Shown here piece after piece: positions 35,322 through 43,865 of a stretch of 64,000 bases of DNA. The translations under genes and the position numbers were made by a program. The DNA lies in NCBI GenBank assembly GCA_017473085.1, contig JAFUNF010000018.1, forward strand, positions 11,886 through 75,885, read 5' to 3'. The notes beneath the pieces were generated by a model. That model saw only the letters and a list, made by a program, of their open reading frames with translations. It was not told the DNA's origin and ran no database searches. The DNA is from Clostridia bacterium (GTDB taxonomy: Bacteria > Bacillota > Clostridia > Oscillospirales > CAG-272). How positions within the stretch are numbered: the stretch's first letter is position 1; each line of letters starts with the position of its first letter.

Positions 35322-36347
35322 ATGAAAACAGTATGCTTCGGCGAAATTATGCTAAGACTTAATCCTTGTGGCTACACAAGATTTGTTCAAACAGATACAT
35401 TTGGTGCTACCTATGGTGGTGGCGAGGCTAACGTGGCAGTATCCCTTGCTAACTATGGCATTGATGCTTCCTACGTTACAAAGCTTCCTAAGCACGAAAT
35501 CGGTCAAAGCGCAGTTAATTCCTTGAGAAAGTTCGGCGTTGACACAAGCGAAATCGTAAGAGGTGGCGAGCGAGTTGGTATTTACTACCTTGAAACAGGT
35601 GCATCACAACGTCCATCAAAGGTAATTTACGACAGAGCCTACTCTGCTATTGCACTTGCTAAGAGAAGTGATTTTGATTGGGAGAAAATTTTAGAGGGTG
35701 CAAATTGGTTCCACTTTACAGGCATTACTCCAGCCTTGGGTGGCGAGCTTCCTGAAATTTGTATGGACGCACTTACAGTATGTCGTAAGAAGGGTATTAC
35801 AACAAGCTGTGACCTTAACTACCGTAAAAACCTTTGGACAACCGAGGAGGCAGGCAAGGTAATGGGTCAGCTTATGAAGCTTGTTGACGTTTGTATCGCT
35901 AACGAGGAGGATGCTGAAAAGGTATTCGGTATCAAGGCAGAAAACACCGACGTTGATAAGGGTGTTGTAAACCACGACGGCTACAAGAGTGTTGCAAAGC
36001 AATTGTCCGACACCTTCGGCTTTAATAGAGTTGCAATTACACTTCGCACAAGCATCTCTGCAAACGACAATATTTGGGCTGCTATGCTCTTTGACAAGAA
36101 TGAGAACGAGTACTACTTCTCTCGCTCCTACAACATACATATTGTTGACCGTGTTGGTGGTGGCGACTCCTTCGGTGGTGGACTTATCTATGCTTCACTT
36201 ATGAACAAGTCCTCACAGGACGTAATCGAGTTTGCCGTTGCTGCATCCTGTCTGAAGCACACAATTATAGGCGACTACAACCTTGTATCCGTTGCTGAGG
36301 TTGAAGGTCTTATCAAGGGTGGCGGAAGCGGAAGAGTACAAAGATAA
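35322..36347 (+). CDS. kdgK: PfkB-family sugar kinase, 2-dehydro-3-deoxygluconokinase-like
   Basis: GEIMLRL N-terminus, GGGEANVA, and C-terminal DRVGGGDSFGGG motifs. Confidence 0.75.
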   Translation: MKTVCFGEIMLRLNPCGYTRFVQTDTFGATYGGGEANVAVSLANYGIDASYVTKLPKHEIGQSAVNSLRKFGVDTSEIVRGGERVGIYYLETGASQRPSKVIYDRAYSAIALAKRSDFDWEKILEGANWFHFTGITPALGGELPEICMDALTVCRKKGITTSCDLNYRKNLWTTEEAGKVMGQLMKLVDVCIANEEDAEKVFGIKAENTDVDKGVVNHDGYKSVAKQLSDTFGFNRVAITLRTSISANDNIWAAMLFDKNENEYYFSRSYNIHIVDRVGGGDSFGGGLIYASLMNKSSQDVIEFAVAASCLKHTIIGDYNLVSVAEVEGLIKGGGSGRVQR

Positions 36348-36356
36348 GAAAACTAA

Positions 36357-36385
36357 AGACCCAAGGCACTTGGGTCTTTTGTTTT
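36357..36385 (+). terminator. rho-independent terminator after kdgK
   Basis: agacccaag-gcac-ttgggtct followed by tttgtttt. Confidence 0.75.
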
Positions 36386-36435
36386 CAATGAAATCCTTTT
36401 TTACAAAAGGAATAAATCAACTGCGTTGATGAATG

Positions 36436-36582
36436 AAGCCTTCCCCTTTGTTTGGAGGGCACCCTTTAGGGCGTGCCCTTTGCGAAAAAGAGTGACACCC
36501 AAATACGAGGTTGCTAACACACCCCAACCTCTTGCCCTCCCTTGTCAGGGAGGGGGGACCATCAAAGATGGTGGAAGGGTAG
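36436..36582. repeat. GGGGAAGG-type mosaic repeat, copy R5
   Basis: gaagccttcccctt..., gggcac-cctttaggg-cgtgccc, ccctccct-tgtc-agggaggg, and gggaccatcaaagatggtggaagggtag. Same orientation as R1. Confidence 0.55.
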
Positions 36583-36599
36583 TAAGAAGGAGTTTATAC

Positions 36600-37403
36600 G
36601 TGAAAAGTTTTAATTTTAATAATAAGGTTGCAATAATTACTGGTGGGTCGAGTGGAATTGGCAAAGCACTTGCAACCGAGCTAATTAAGAAATACAATTG
36701 CAGAGTTTTTGCCATAGCTCGAAACGAGGAAAGGCTACGCCTTGTAAAAGAGGAGCTTGGGGAAAAATACGTGCCCACTCCCTTTGACGTGTGCCTTGAG
36801 GAAAATTGGCAAGCTTTTGCTCAAAAGCTCAAAAACGATGGGGTACGTGTAGATATTTTAATAAATTGTGCAGGAATTTTGCCTAAATTTATTCCCTTTG
36901 AAAAAAGCAATCCACAATCTCTTAAAAGTGTTTTTGATATAAATTTCTTTTCCTGTGTGTATTCCTGTCATCACACAAGGGAGCTAATGGAAAATGGTGG
37001 TATGATAGTAAATATATCAAGTGCCTCTGCCCTTTGTCCTTTTTCGGGAGTCAGCGCATACTCCTCGTCAAAAAGTGCTCTTGACCGCTTTTCAACAGCT
37101 CTTGCCTATGAGTATAAGGAAATTTCCGTTACCACAGCTTTGCCAGGCTTTGTAAAAACAGACATTATGAAAAACCAAAACGCAAGCAACAAGGACAAGT
37201 CCTTAATTGACAAATTTAGTGCTAACCCAAATAAAATCGCTAAGAAAATTCTCAAGAAAGCAGGCAAAAGAAAAAAGCGAGTTATCCTCGGCTTTGACGG
37301 CAAGCTACTTGACTTTATGTATAAGCACTTCCCCAGCCTTGCCCCCTCGCTTATAGGCAAATTCCTCAAAAAATCAGGGCTTGAGTTATTCTCAGAGCTT
37401 TGA
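36600..37403 (+). CDS. SDR family oxidoreductase
   Basis: TGGSSGIG cofactor motif and YSSSK catalytic motif. GTG 36600 with RBS AAGGAG is preferred; the track's 58-aa N-terminal extension is a read-through of repeat R5. Confidence 0.75.
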   Translation: MKSFNFNNKVAIITGGSSGIGKALATELIKKYNCRVFAIARNEERLRLVKEELGEKYVPTPFDVCLEENWQAFAQKLKNDGVRVDILINCAGILPKFIPFEKSNPQSLKSVFDINFFSCVYSCHHTRELMENGGMIVNISSASALCPFSGVSAYSSSKSALDRFSTALAYEYKEISVTTALPGFVKTDIMKNQNASNKDKSLIDKFSANPNKIAKKILKKAGKRKKRVILGFDGKLLDFMYKHFPSLAPSLIGKFLKKSGLELFSEL

Positions 37404-37508
37404 TTTTTGTTAAAATTGACAGTTTTTTACTTTTCCCTTGAATAGCAGATTTTTTAATGCTATAATCATCGTAGGGAGAAATATTTATATTATAAAGGAG
37501 AATAATTT

Positions 37509-39335
37509 ATGAAAAGAAGACTACTTCTTTTAGCTGTTATGGTGCTCGCTATTGCTTCAATGCTTGCTGTTTCTGTAAGTGCTGAGCTATATGGCGAAAG
37601 CAACATATACTATTTTGATGCTACTGTTGAGGAGCTAAGTAGCAAAACAACTGAGGACGCGTTGTTCTACGCTCGCAGAGATTCAAATGACATTATCACT
37701 GAATACGAGGGAGCATTCCCAAAAACCAATAGTTCAGGCAATGCAATTTCTTGGTATAAGTTAGGTCAAGCAACTGTTGGCAGTGACATTTTCGTAGCTG
37801 TAAAGAGCTTCGTTACAACCGACCCTACTTACAGCACAATTAATACAAGCAATGGTATGTATAAATTTATTACCTCTGCCGGACCAACTAAATCAAATAT
37901 CGTTTCAATCAACTTCCCTGACGATTCAAGCATTAAGAGCTTCTCTGACGGAAGCTCCTATGGATTAAATGCAAGGTCTGGTGATTATTACCCTACCAAC
38001 TCTGAACTTTTGTTTGCATATTTTCCAAACACCTGGTGTGATTCCAACCGTATTGTTCAAGCTACACCCGTATTAGAGGTGTATATCCACCCTGACGCTC
38101 CATTTAACACAATCAGCGGTAATGTTTATGAAGTACCTACTCTTAACAACACAGCCTTTCATGGTTGTAAATCCGTAAGGAAAATCGTTTTCCCTAAAAC
38201 CTTAGAGGTTATCGCAAATGGTGCAATAGCAGGTAACGCTTATGGTGCAATGTACTATTGTACCAGCTTAACCGAAGTCATTTTCCCAGAGGGTTCTGCC
38301 TTGACCACAATAGGCGCACGTGCTTTTTCATATTGCACGAGCCTTCCTAAGCTTTCTCTTCCAAACACTGTTACAACAATCGGTCTAAGAGCATTCGAGC
38401 AATGTCACTCTCTTCAGGAGCTTCGCTTAAGTGATAATCTTACCACAATTACAGACGGTCAAAGTCTTCTTTGGGAATCAAAAAGCCTTACAAAGCTTTA
38501 CTTACCTGCTTCGATCGTTTCAAGCATGACATCACTTACAGGCTCGCACGTATTTCACGGTACAGGCACAAAGGGTGTAATCTTCTTCACAGGCTCACTT
38601 GAAGAATTAAACACACTTAAGTCTATTCTTGAAAAGCCTACTGACAACCAACAAAGAATCAATCACGACAACGTGTTGGATTGGGATTCAACAATTTCCG
38701 ATGACGAATACGTACAAATGGCAATTGACGAGAACAAATATTACGTTGTATATAATTATAGCCAATGCGACGCCTTCTATGAAGGCACCCACATTGGCGA
38801 GGAAAAGCTTGTATTTGCTGATACAGTAAACACACTTCTATCAAGTGCAGACGTTTGCACAGTATGTACCCGTTGCGAAAGCACACAGGTAACTGATACA
38901 AAGGATGCTTTGTTTACAAATAAGGGCTACTCACAAAATGGCGAAGGCGCTATTATGCAGGGCTTTGTGATTAATAAGGAGGTTATCTCCTTCTACACCG
39001 AGTGGCTTGGCGAAATAAACTATGGTCTTGTTGCAGGTGTTTACTCCTACGTTGACAACGAGGAAACAAAGTACATTCACGAAACAGGCGAGCTACTTAC
39101 TCTTGCAGATGGTGAGATTGTAGCTAAGGAAAAGGTTGCTTCCGTTTCCTTTGATGAAAGAAACCAATATGATGCCTTTGAAATGAAGGTTTCAGGTCTT
39201 ACAGATAGCCTTGCATCAACCAAGGTATTCTGTTGTGCTTACGTAGTATATGGCAATACAATTTACTACATTAGCAATAAAACAGTTACCGAGGGTAACG
39301 CAGGCACAGCCGTTTCAATTGGCGAAATTCAATAA
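37509..39335 (+). CDS. secreted BspA-type leucine-rich-repeat protein
   Basis: Signal peptide (LLLLAVMVLAIASMLAVSVSA). The central LRR_5 units include AFxxCxSLxxLxLPNTVTTIG. 608 aa. Confidence 0.7.
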   Translation: MKRRLLLLAVMVLAIASMLAVSVSAELYGESNIYYFDATVEELSSKTTEDALFYARRDSNDIITEYEGAFPKTNSSGNAISWYKLGQATVGSDIFVAVKSFVTTDPTYSTINTSNGMYKFITSAGPTKSNIVSINFPDDSSIKSFSDGSSYGLNARSGDYYPTNSELLFAYFPNTWCDSNRIVQATPVLEVYIHPDAPFNTISGNVYEVPTLNNTAFHGCKSVRKIVFPKTLEVIANGAIAGNAYGAMYYCTSLTEVIFPEGSALTTIGARAFSYCTSLPKLSLPNTVTTIGLRAFEQCHSLQELRLSDNLTTITDGQSLLWESKSLTKLYLPASIVSSMTSLTGSHVFHGTGTKGVIFFTGSLEELNTLKSILEKPTDNQQRINHDNVLDWDSTISDDEYVQMAIDENKYYVVYNYSQCDAFYEGTHIGEEKLVFADTVNTLLSSADVCTVCTRCESTQVTDTKDALFTNKGYSQNGEGAIMQGFVINKEVISFYTEWLGEINYGLVAGVYSYVDNEETKYIHETGELLTLADGEIVAKEKVASVSFDERNQYDAFEMKVSGLTDSLASTKVFCCAYVVYGNTIYYISNKTVTEGNAGTAVSIGEIQ

Positions 39336-39340
39336 TAAGA

Positions 39341-39376
39341 CAAAAAGACTTACTCAACCGAGTAAGTCTTTTTTTA
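39341..39376 (+). terminator. rho-independent terminator after the LRR gene
   Basis: aaaaagacttactc-aacc-gagtaagtcttttttt. Confidence 0.8.
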
Positions 39377-39377
39377 A

Positions 39378-39483
39378 TGAAATGTGCTACGCACTTGAAA
39401 TGCTAACTAAAGTTAGCTTGAAATACACGACAAGGTCGTGCTTGAAATGAAGCTAAAGCTTCATAAAAACCATTGCTACGCAA
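39378..39483. repeat. hairpin-linker array, (A/T)TGAAAT flavour; inverted homologue of 33428-33536
   Basis: gtgc-tac-gcac, gctaac-taaa-gttagc, cacgac-aag-gtcgtg, gaagc-taaa-gcttc and ttgc-tac-gcaa, joined by ATGAAAT or TTGAAAT. Confidence 0.75.
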
Positions 39484-39489
39484 GAGGTT

Positions 39490-40230
39490 TTACATAAACA
39501 AGCAAAGTAGAATTGGCAGGAAGATTGCAGGCAACATATTGGCGATTTTTACCTTTGTTGCGCCAATCATATTAAGACCAAGGGCACAGACAATAACGGA
39601 GCCAACGGCAGAGATTTCTGTAATTGAGCCTTGCAAAAAGACGCTAAGTCCACTTGCACCAAGCTCGATAATTCCTTGATAAAGCAATACAACGATTGAG
39701 GCAAAGGCAGCACCTAAGCCGTAGGCAGAGGAAAATACTATTGCAGTTATAAAGTCAAGGACACATTTTGTATACAAAAGTCCCTGCTCGGCACCCCCTG
39801 AAAGTCCACTTTCAAGAGCACCTGTTATAGATAAAGCTCCAACGCAACAGGTAAGTGCAGTTGACACAAAGGCTTTAGAAAAGCTCTTTTGCACTCTGCC
39901 CTCATTTAGCATTGGGTGAGTGGTGTTTTCCTTAGTCTTAACAAATTTTCTTTCCATAAATTTGCCAAGCCTTTCAAAGAGTCCGTCAATATCAATAAGC
40001 GAGCCGACAAGCGTGCCTACAACCATTGAAATAAGCAAAACAATAGGCTTTTCCGACTCTAATGCTCCACTAATACCGATAACAATAACCACCACAGAAA
40101 CAGCCTTCATAAGCTGTGAGGGTAATTCTCTTAGCCTTGGTCTTTTATCAAATAGCTTCGACAAAAAATGTCCTGCTATTGAGCCGACAATTACCACCAA
40201 GGCATTTAAAATAGTTGCTTGTAAAATCAT
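39490..40230 (-). CDS. DUF554 family membrane protein
   Basis: 246-aa polytopic protein starting MILQATILNALVVIVGSIAG. Overlaps the rsmA stop by 4 nt. Confidence 0.7.
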   Translation of the reverse strand: MILQATILNALVVIVGSIAGHFLSKLFDKRPRLRELPSQLMKAVSVVVIVIGISGALESEKPIVLLISMVVGTLVGSLIDIDGLFERLGKFMERKFVKTKENTTHPMLNEGRVQKSFSKAFVSTALTCCVGALSITGALESGLSGGAEQGLLYTKCVLDFITAIVFSSAYGLGAAFASIVVLLYQGIIELGASGLSVFLQGSITEISAVGSVIVCALGLNMIGATKVKIANMLPAIFLPILLCLFM

Positions 40231-41108
40231 TTAATCTCTCCCAGCTTATCAGCCAATCTACAAAAATCCTCAATATCAAGCTTCTCTCCCCTTATGCTTT
40301 CGCTAAAGCCAAGGGACACAATAACATCTAAAAGCTTGTCCTTTGATATATTACCAAAATAGGAGGACAAGGAATTTAAAAGCGTCTTTCTTCTTTGAGA
40401 AAAGGCACCCTGTATCGCTTTAAATAGCATTTCCTCACTCTTAACACTATATTTAGGCTTATCATAAAGCTCAATTCTAACCACCGAGGAGGTTACCTTA
40501 GGAGCTGGCAAAAAGTTGTCAGGGGACACGTCAAAAAGCCTTTTTGCCTCGCCATAGTAAGCAATTGAGGCAGTAATAGCACCATAATCTCCCTTTTTAG
40601 TGGTAGCACAAAGTCGGTCTGCCACCTCTTTTTGCACCATTACAGTAATCGAGGTAAGATAGCCCCTTGCCTTTTCCAAAAGTGCCATAATAATAGGAGT
40701 TGTAATATAATAAGGAAGATTTGCACAAACGGAAATATTGTATTCCTCTGCATATCTGCCAAAAAACTCCTCTAAATCCATTTTCAAAAAGTCGTTATTT
40801 ATAACCTCAACATTGTCAAATTCAGAAAGGGTTTCATCTAAAATTGGCAACAGCGCTTTGTCAATTTCAATAGCAATAACCTTGTCGTAAACCCCTGCTA
40901 ACTCATAGGTAAGACAGCCAATACCAGGGCCTATTTCCACAGCAAGGCTCTTTTTTGTAGCCCTTGTCAAGTGATAGGAATAGCTTGCCTCAGCAATAGC
41001 TTCAGGTATTTCCTTATTTATAAGAAAATTCTGCCCAAAGGACTTTTTAGTGCCCGTTTGGTATCTTGCCATAAGCCTTTTAACAAAGCTAATATCGCAT
41101 AAATTCAT
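40227..41108 (-). CDS. rsmA: 16S rRNA (adenine1518/1519-N6)-dimethyltransferase
   Basis: KKSFGQNFL N-terminal motif and the SAM-binding EIGPGIGCLT. Confidence 0.9.
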   Translation of the reverse strand: MNLCDISFVKRLMARYQTGTKKSFGQNFLINKEIPEAIAEASYSYHLTRATKKSLAVEIGPGIGCLTYELAGVYDKVIAIEIDKALLPILDETLSEFDNVEVINNDFLKMDLEEFFGRYAEEYNISVCANLPYYITTPIIMALLEKARGYLTSITVMVQKEVADRLCATTKKGDYGAITASIAYYGEAKRLFDVSPDNFLPAPKVTSSVVRIELYDKPKYSVKSEEMLFKAIQGAFSQRRKTLLNSLSSYFGNISKDKLLDVIVSLGFSESIRGEKLDIEDFCRLADKLGEIK

Positions 41109-41162
41109 AATCTTTCCCCCTTGACAAAGTTAATAATATATAGTAAAATATCTTTTAGTTAA

Positions 41163-41237
41163 GCTGGAGTAGCACAGTGGTAGTGCAGCTGATTCGTAAT
41201 CAGCAGGTCGTGAGTTCAAATCTCATCTTCAGCTCCA
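41163..41237 (+). tRNA. tRNA-Thr (anticodon CGT)
   Basis: Cloverleaf: acceptor GCTGGAG/CTTCAGC, anticodon stem GCTGA/TCAGC with loop TTCGTAA, T-arm GTGAG-TTCAAAT-CTCAT, encoded CCA. Confidence 0.85.
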
Positions 41238-41240
41238 AAA

Positions 41241-41280
41241 AATACTGCAGAAAAGGATACTTTTTCTGCAGTATTTTTTT
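41241..41280 (+). terminator. rho-independent terminator after the tRNA
   Basis: aatactgcagaaaa-ggatac-tttttctgcagtatt followed by TTTTTTT. Confidence 0.8.
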
Positions 41281-41282
41281 AT

Positions 41283-41466
41283 CCAAACTGCAGGTTTGGT
41301 ATATCATCACGCCTCGGCGTGTATATCATCAGCCCTTTGTGGCTGCATATCATCGCGACTTAGTCGTGCATACCCCACCCTGCTGTTTGATGATATACAA
41401 TGCTTTTCTCGCATTGGTGATATGCAATTCCTTGCAGAATTGATGATATGCAAGGCTGATGCCTTG
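41283..41466. repeat. bipartite hairpin-linker array, TATATCAT flavour (direct half plus inverted half)
   Basis: Left half: ccaaac-tgcag-gtttgg, cacgcc-tc-ggcgtg, cagcc-ctttgt-ggctg and cgcgac-tta-gtcgtg, joined by (T/C)ATATCAT. Right half: caatgc-ttttctc-gcattg, caattc-cttgca-gaattg and caaggc-tgat-gccttg, joined by (G/A)TGATAT(A/G). Confidence 0.8.
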
Positions 41467-41512
41467 ATTTTAATGTTAGAATGTGGTACAATACACCCAA
41501 AGAGGTGATATT

Positions 41513-41860
41513 GTGTCAAAAAACTATTTATTGATATATTCGGAACAACTCGCAACTGAAATAGAATTGATGTGCCAAAATATAAAAGCTCCATCAAATA
41601 CTTTGTTCCAAATACGTAAAAGCTCAAGCAGTGTTTATGCCAATATCCGTGAGGCAAATTATGGTCAAAGTAAAGCAGATATGCTTTCCAAATTTGAAAT
41701 TGCTCTTAAAGAATGCAGCGAAACTGAAGGCTGGTTACAGCTATTGTTCAACACAAATGGTATAGACGAAGAAACATACAAAAGCCACCGAAATCTTTGC
41801 GGACGCATTAGACGAATGTTGATTTCAAGTTGCAAAACGTTAAAGAATATTGGAAAGTAA
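41513..41860 (+). CDS. four-helix-bundle protein (23S rRNA intervening-sequence protein / Avd-like family)
   Basis: About 115 aa with the family-typical helices (IRKSSSSVYANIREANYGQSKADMLSKFEIALKECSETEGWL). GTG 41513 with RBS AGAGGTGA is preferred. Confidence 0.65.
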   Translation: MSKNYLLIYSEQLATEIELMCQNIKAPSNTLFQIRKSSSSVYANIREANYGQSKADMLSKFEIALKECSETEGWLQLLFNTNGIDEETYKSHRNLCGRIRRMLISSCKTLKNIGK

Positions 41861-41920
41861 AAAAACTATTAGCAATTATACTTCTGTCTTGTACGCTCTG
41901 CTTTGAGGTTTTTCAATTAA

Positions 41921-42147
41921 ATCCGTCCGAAACGGGATAAATCCACAAATGTGGATGAAATCACTACGAGAACCCCCTAAAATTCTCCGAATTTTTGGGG
42001 AACCCCTACATGATGAAATCAAGCTTCGCTTGGAGATAAGTAAGACGGATTTGATTTCATTTTTCCAACGGAAAGATTTCATTCGACCCTAGTCGGATTT
42101 CATTACACAAGGTATACTTCGTAATGTGCGTAAGCACAATTTCATTT
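41921..42147. repeat. bipartite hairpin-linker array, ATGAAAT then ATTTCAT flavour
   Basis: Left half: ccac-aaat-gtgg and caagc-ttc-gcttg, with ATGAAAT linkers. Right half: tttcc-aac-ggaaa, tcgac-ccta-gtcgg and tgtgc-gtaa-gcaca, with ATTTCAT(T) linkers. Confidence 0.7.
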
Positions 42148-42149
42148 TG

Positions 42150-42178
42150 TTGACTTTATAGAATTGTTATGATACAAT
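42150..42178 (+). promoter_or_regulatory. sigma-A type promoter for the HD-LRR gene cluster
   Basis: TTGACT, 17 nt, TACAAT. Confidence 0.5.
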
Positions 42179-42267
42179 TATTATAAGATGTTGACATTTT
42201 CAATCCACCACTTGACAGTATAACATATCTTTTGGGCAAAATCAATTAAATTTTGAGGAGTTAAATA

Positions 42268-43791
42268 ATGATTTACACAGAAAAAACAAAAAAGGCGCTT
42301 GCCTTGTGCTTTGAGGCACACAAGAATCAGGTTGACAAAGCAGGTATGCCTTATGTTTTTCACCCCTTTCATTTGGCTGAGCAAATGAAAACAGAGGAAG
42401 AAACCATAGTTGCTCTTTTGCACGACGTGGTTGAGGACACGGACTACACGCTTGCAGATTTAGAAAAAATGGGCTTTGGAGTGTCTGTAATTGAAGCATT
42501 AAAGCTCCTTACTCACGACACCTCGGTTGATTATTTTGACTACGTTAAAGCGATTTCCCAAAACGAAATAGCAAGGGCCGTTAAAATTGCCGACCTTACC
42601 CACAACTCTACCCTTGAAAGATTTGACTACAAGGACATTACCCCTTGGGACATAGAAAGACAGAAAAAATATTTCAAGGCGCTTGAAATATTAGGCGAGG
42701 TACCATACAAAAACAAGTATATGCTTTGTATCTGTTGTGGTGCTACCACCTTTAACAAGGACTACGTAGGTGCATTTGACACTTGCCCTATCTGTGGCTT
42801 TAATGACGAGGATTTGGTTACTAAGGACATAACCCTTGAGGGTGCACGACAACATTTTATAGAAAGCAAAAAAATAATAAAATATGTATTGCCACTGGGC
42901 TTAAGACGAGAAAAAATGACAAATTTAAAATACGAAAGAAAGCCTTCTAAAAATGAAATTACAATAACAGGGCTTTCTGACAAAAATGTAACCGAGGTTG
43001 TTATACCTGATGAAATTGACGGAAGCAAGGTTACAGAAATAGGCGACTCTGCCTTTTGGGATTGTGAGGAGCTTACAAGCGTTATAATTCCAAAGGGTGT
43101 AACCACAATAGGTGTCTCCGCCTTTTCAGGTTGCAATGAGCTTAGAAGCATTATAATTCCAGATAGTGTAACCACAATTGGCGCCTTTGCTTTTTTCAAC
43201 TGCACAAGGCTTAAAAATATTGAATTTCCAAATAGTATAGCTACCATAGGACGTTCCGCCTTTATGTATTGTAAAGGACTCACAAGTGTTACAATTCCAA
43301 ACAGTGTATCGAAAATAGAGACAAACATCTTTTCTGGTTGTACAGGACTTACAAGTGTTGTAATTCCAAACAGTGTAACTGCAATAGGCTCCTCCGCTTT
43401 TCATGGTTGCACAGGTCTTAAAATCATTGTGATTCCAAAAGGTGTAACTGCAATAGGTTCCTCTGCCTTTTGGGGTTGCACGTCACTTACAAATATTACA
43501 ATTCCAAACAGCGTTACGAAAATAGGTTTGAGTGCCTTTTTCAATTGCACGTCACTTACAAATATTACAATTCCAAACAGCGTTACGAAAATAGGTTTGA
43601 GTGCCTTTTTCAATTGCACGTCACTTACAAATATTACAATTCCAAACAGCGTTACAAAGATGGACAGCCATGTTTTCTTGAAATGTGATAATCTTACAAT
43701 TTACGCACAAGCAAATTCCAAGCCACGTGGTTGGGATTCCAATTGGAATCCAGACAACCGACCTGTTGTATGGGGTCACAATGGTCAATAA
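42268..43791 (+). CDS. fusion protein: HD-domain (RelA/SpoT-type small alarmone hydrolase-like), CPCC zinc ribbon and BspA-type LRR
   Basis: N-terminal HKNQVDKAGMPYVFHPFHLAE...LLHDVVEDT (HD_4 type). Middle CICCGATTF...CPICGFNDED. C-terminal 23-aa LRR_5 units. No signal peptide. RBS GAGGAG. Confidence 0.75.
   Translation: MIYTEKTKKALALCFEAHKNQVDKAGMPYVFHPFHLAEQMKTEEETIVALLHDVVEDTDYTLADLEKMGFGVSVIEALKLLTHDTSVDYFDYVKAISQNEIARAVKIADLTHNSTLERFDYKDITPWDIERQKKYFKALEILGEVPYKNKYMLCICCGATTFNKDYVGAFDTCPICGFNDEDLVTKDITLEGARQHFIESKKIIKYVLPLGLRREKMTNLKYERKPSKNEITITGLSDKNVTEVVIPDEIDGSKVTEIGDSAFWDCEELTSVIIPKGVTTIGVSAFSGCNELRSIIIPDSVTTIGAFAFFNCTRLKNIEFPNSIATIGRSAFMYCKGLTSVTIPNSVSKIETNIFSGCTGLTSVVIPNSVTAIGSSAFHGCTGLKIIVIPKGVTAIGSSAFWGCTSLTNITIPNSVTKIGLSAFFNCTSLTNITIPNSVTKIGLSAFFNCTSLTNITIPNSVTKMDSHVFLKCDNLTIYAQANSKPRGWDSNWNPDNRPVVWGHNGQ
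43477..43655 (+). repeat. perfect 69-bp tandem repeat (2.6 copies) inside the LRR coding region
   Basis: The unit tgcacgtcacttacaaatattacaattccaaacagcgttacgaaaataggtttgagtgcctttttcaat starts at 43477, 43546 and 43615. It equals one 23-aa LRR unit. Confidence 0.9.
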
Positions 43792-43865
43792 GAAGCACAA
43801 GGTAAAAAAATGCTCTTTACAAAAGCCTATGAATACAATACATAACTAAATCTAAAGGAGAAAAA

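Noticed and set aside
41950-41958. Near-consensus DnaA boxes (TGTGGATGA, and TCATCCACC in repeats R1, R2 and R4).
   Set aside because: They are embedded in and explained by the repeat linkers (GGTGGATGA...). They are isolated rather than clustered next to an AT-rich unwinding element.
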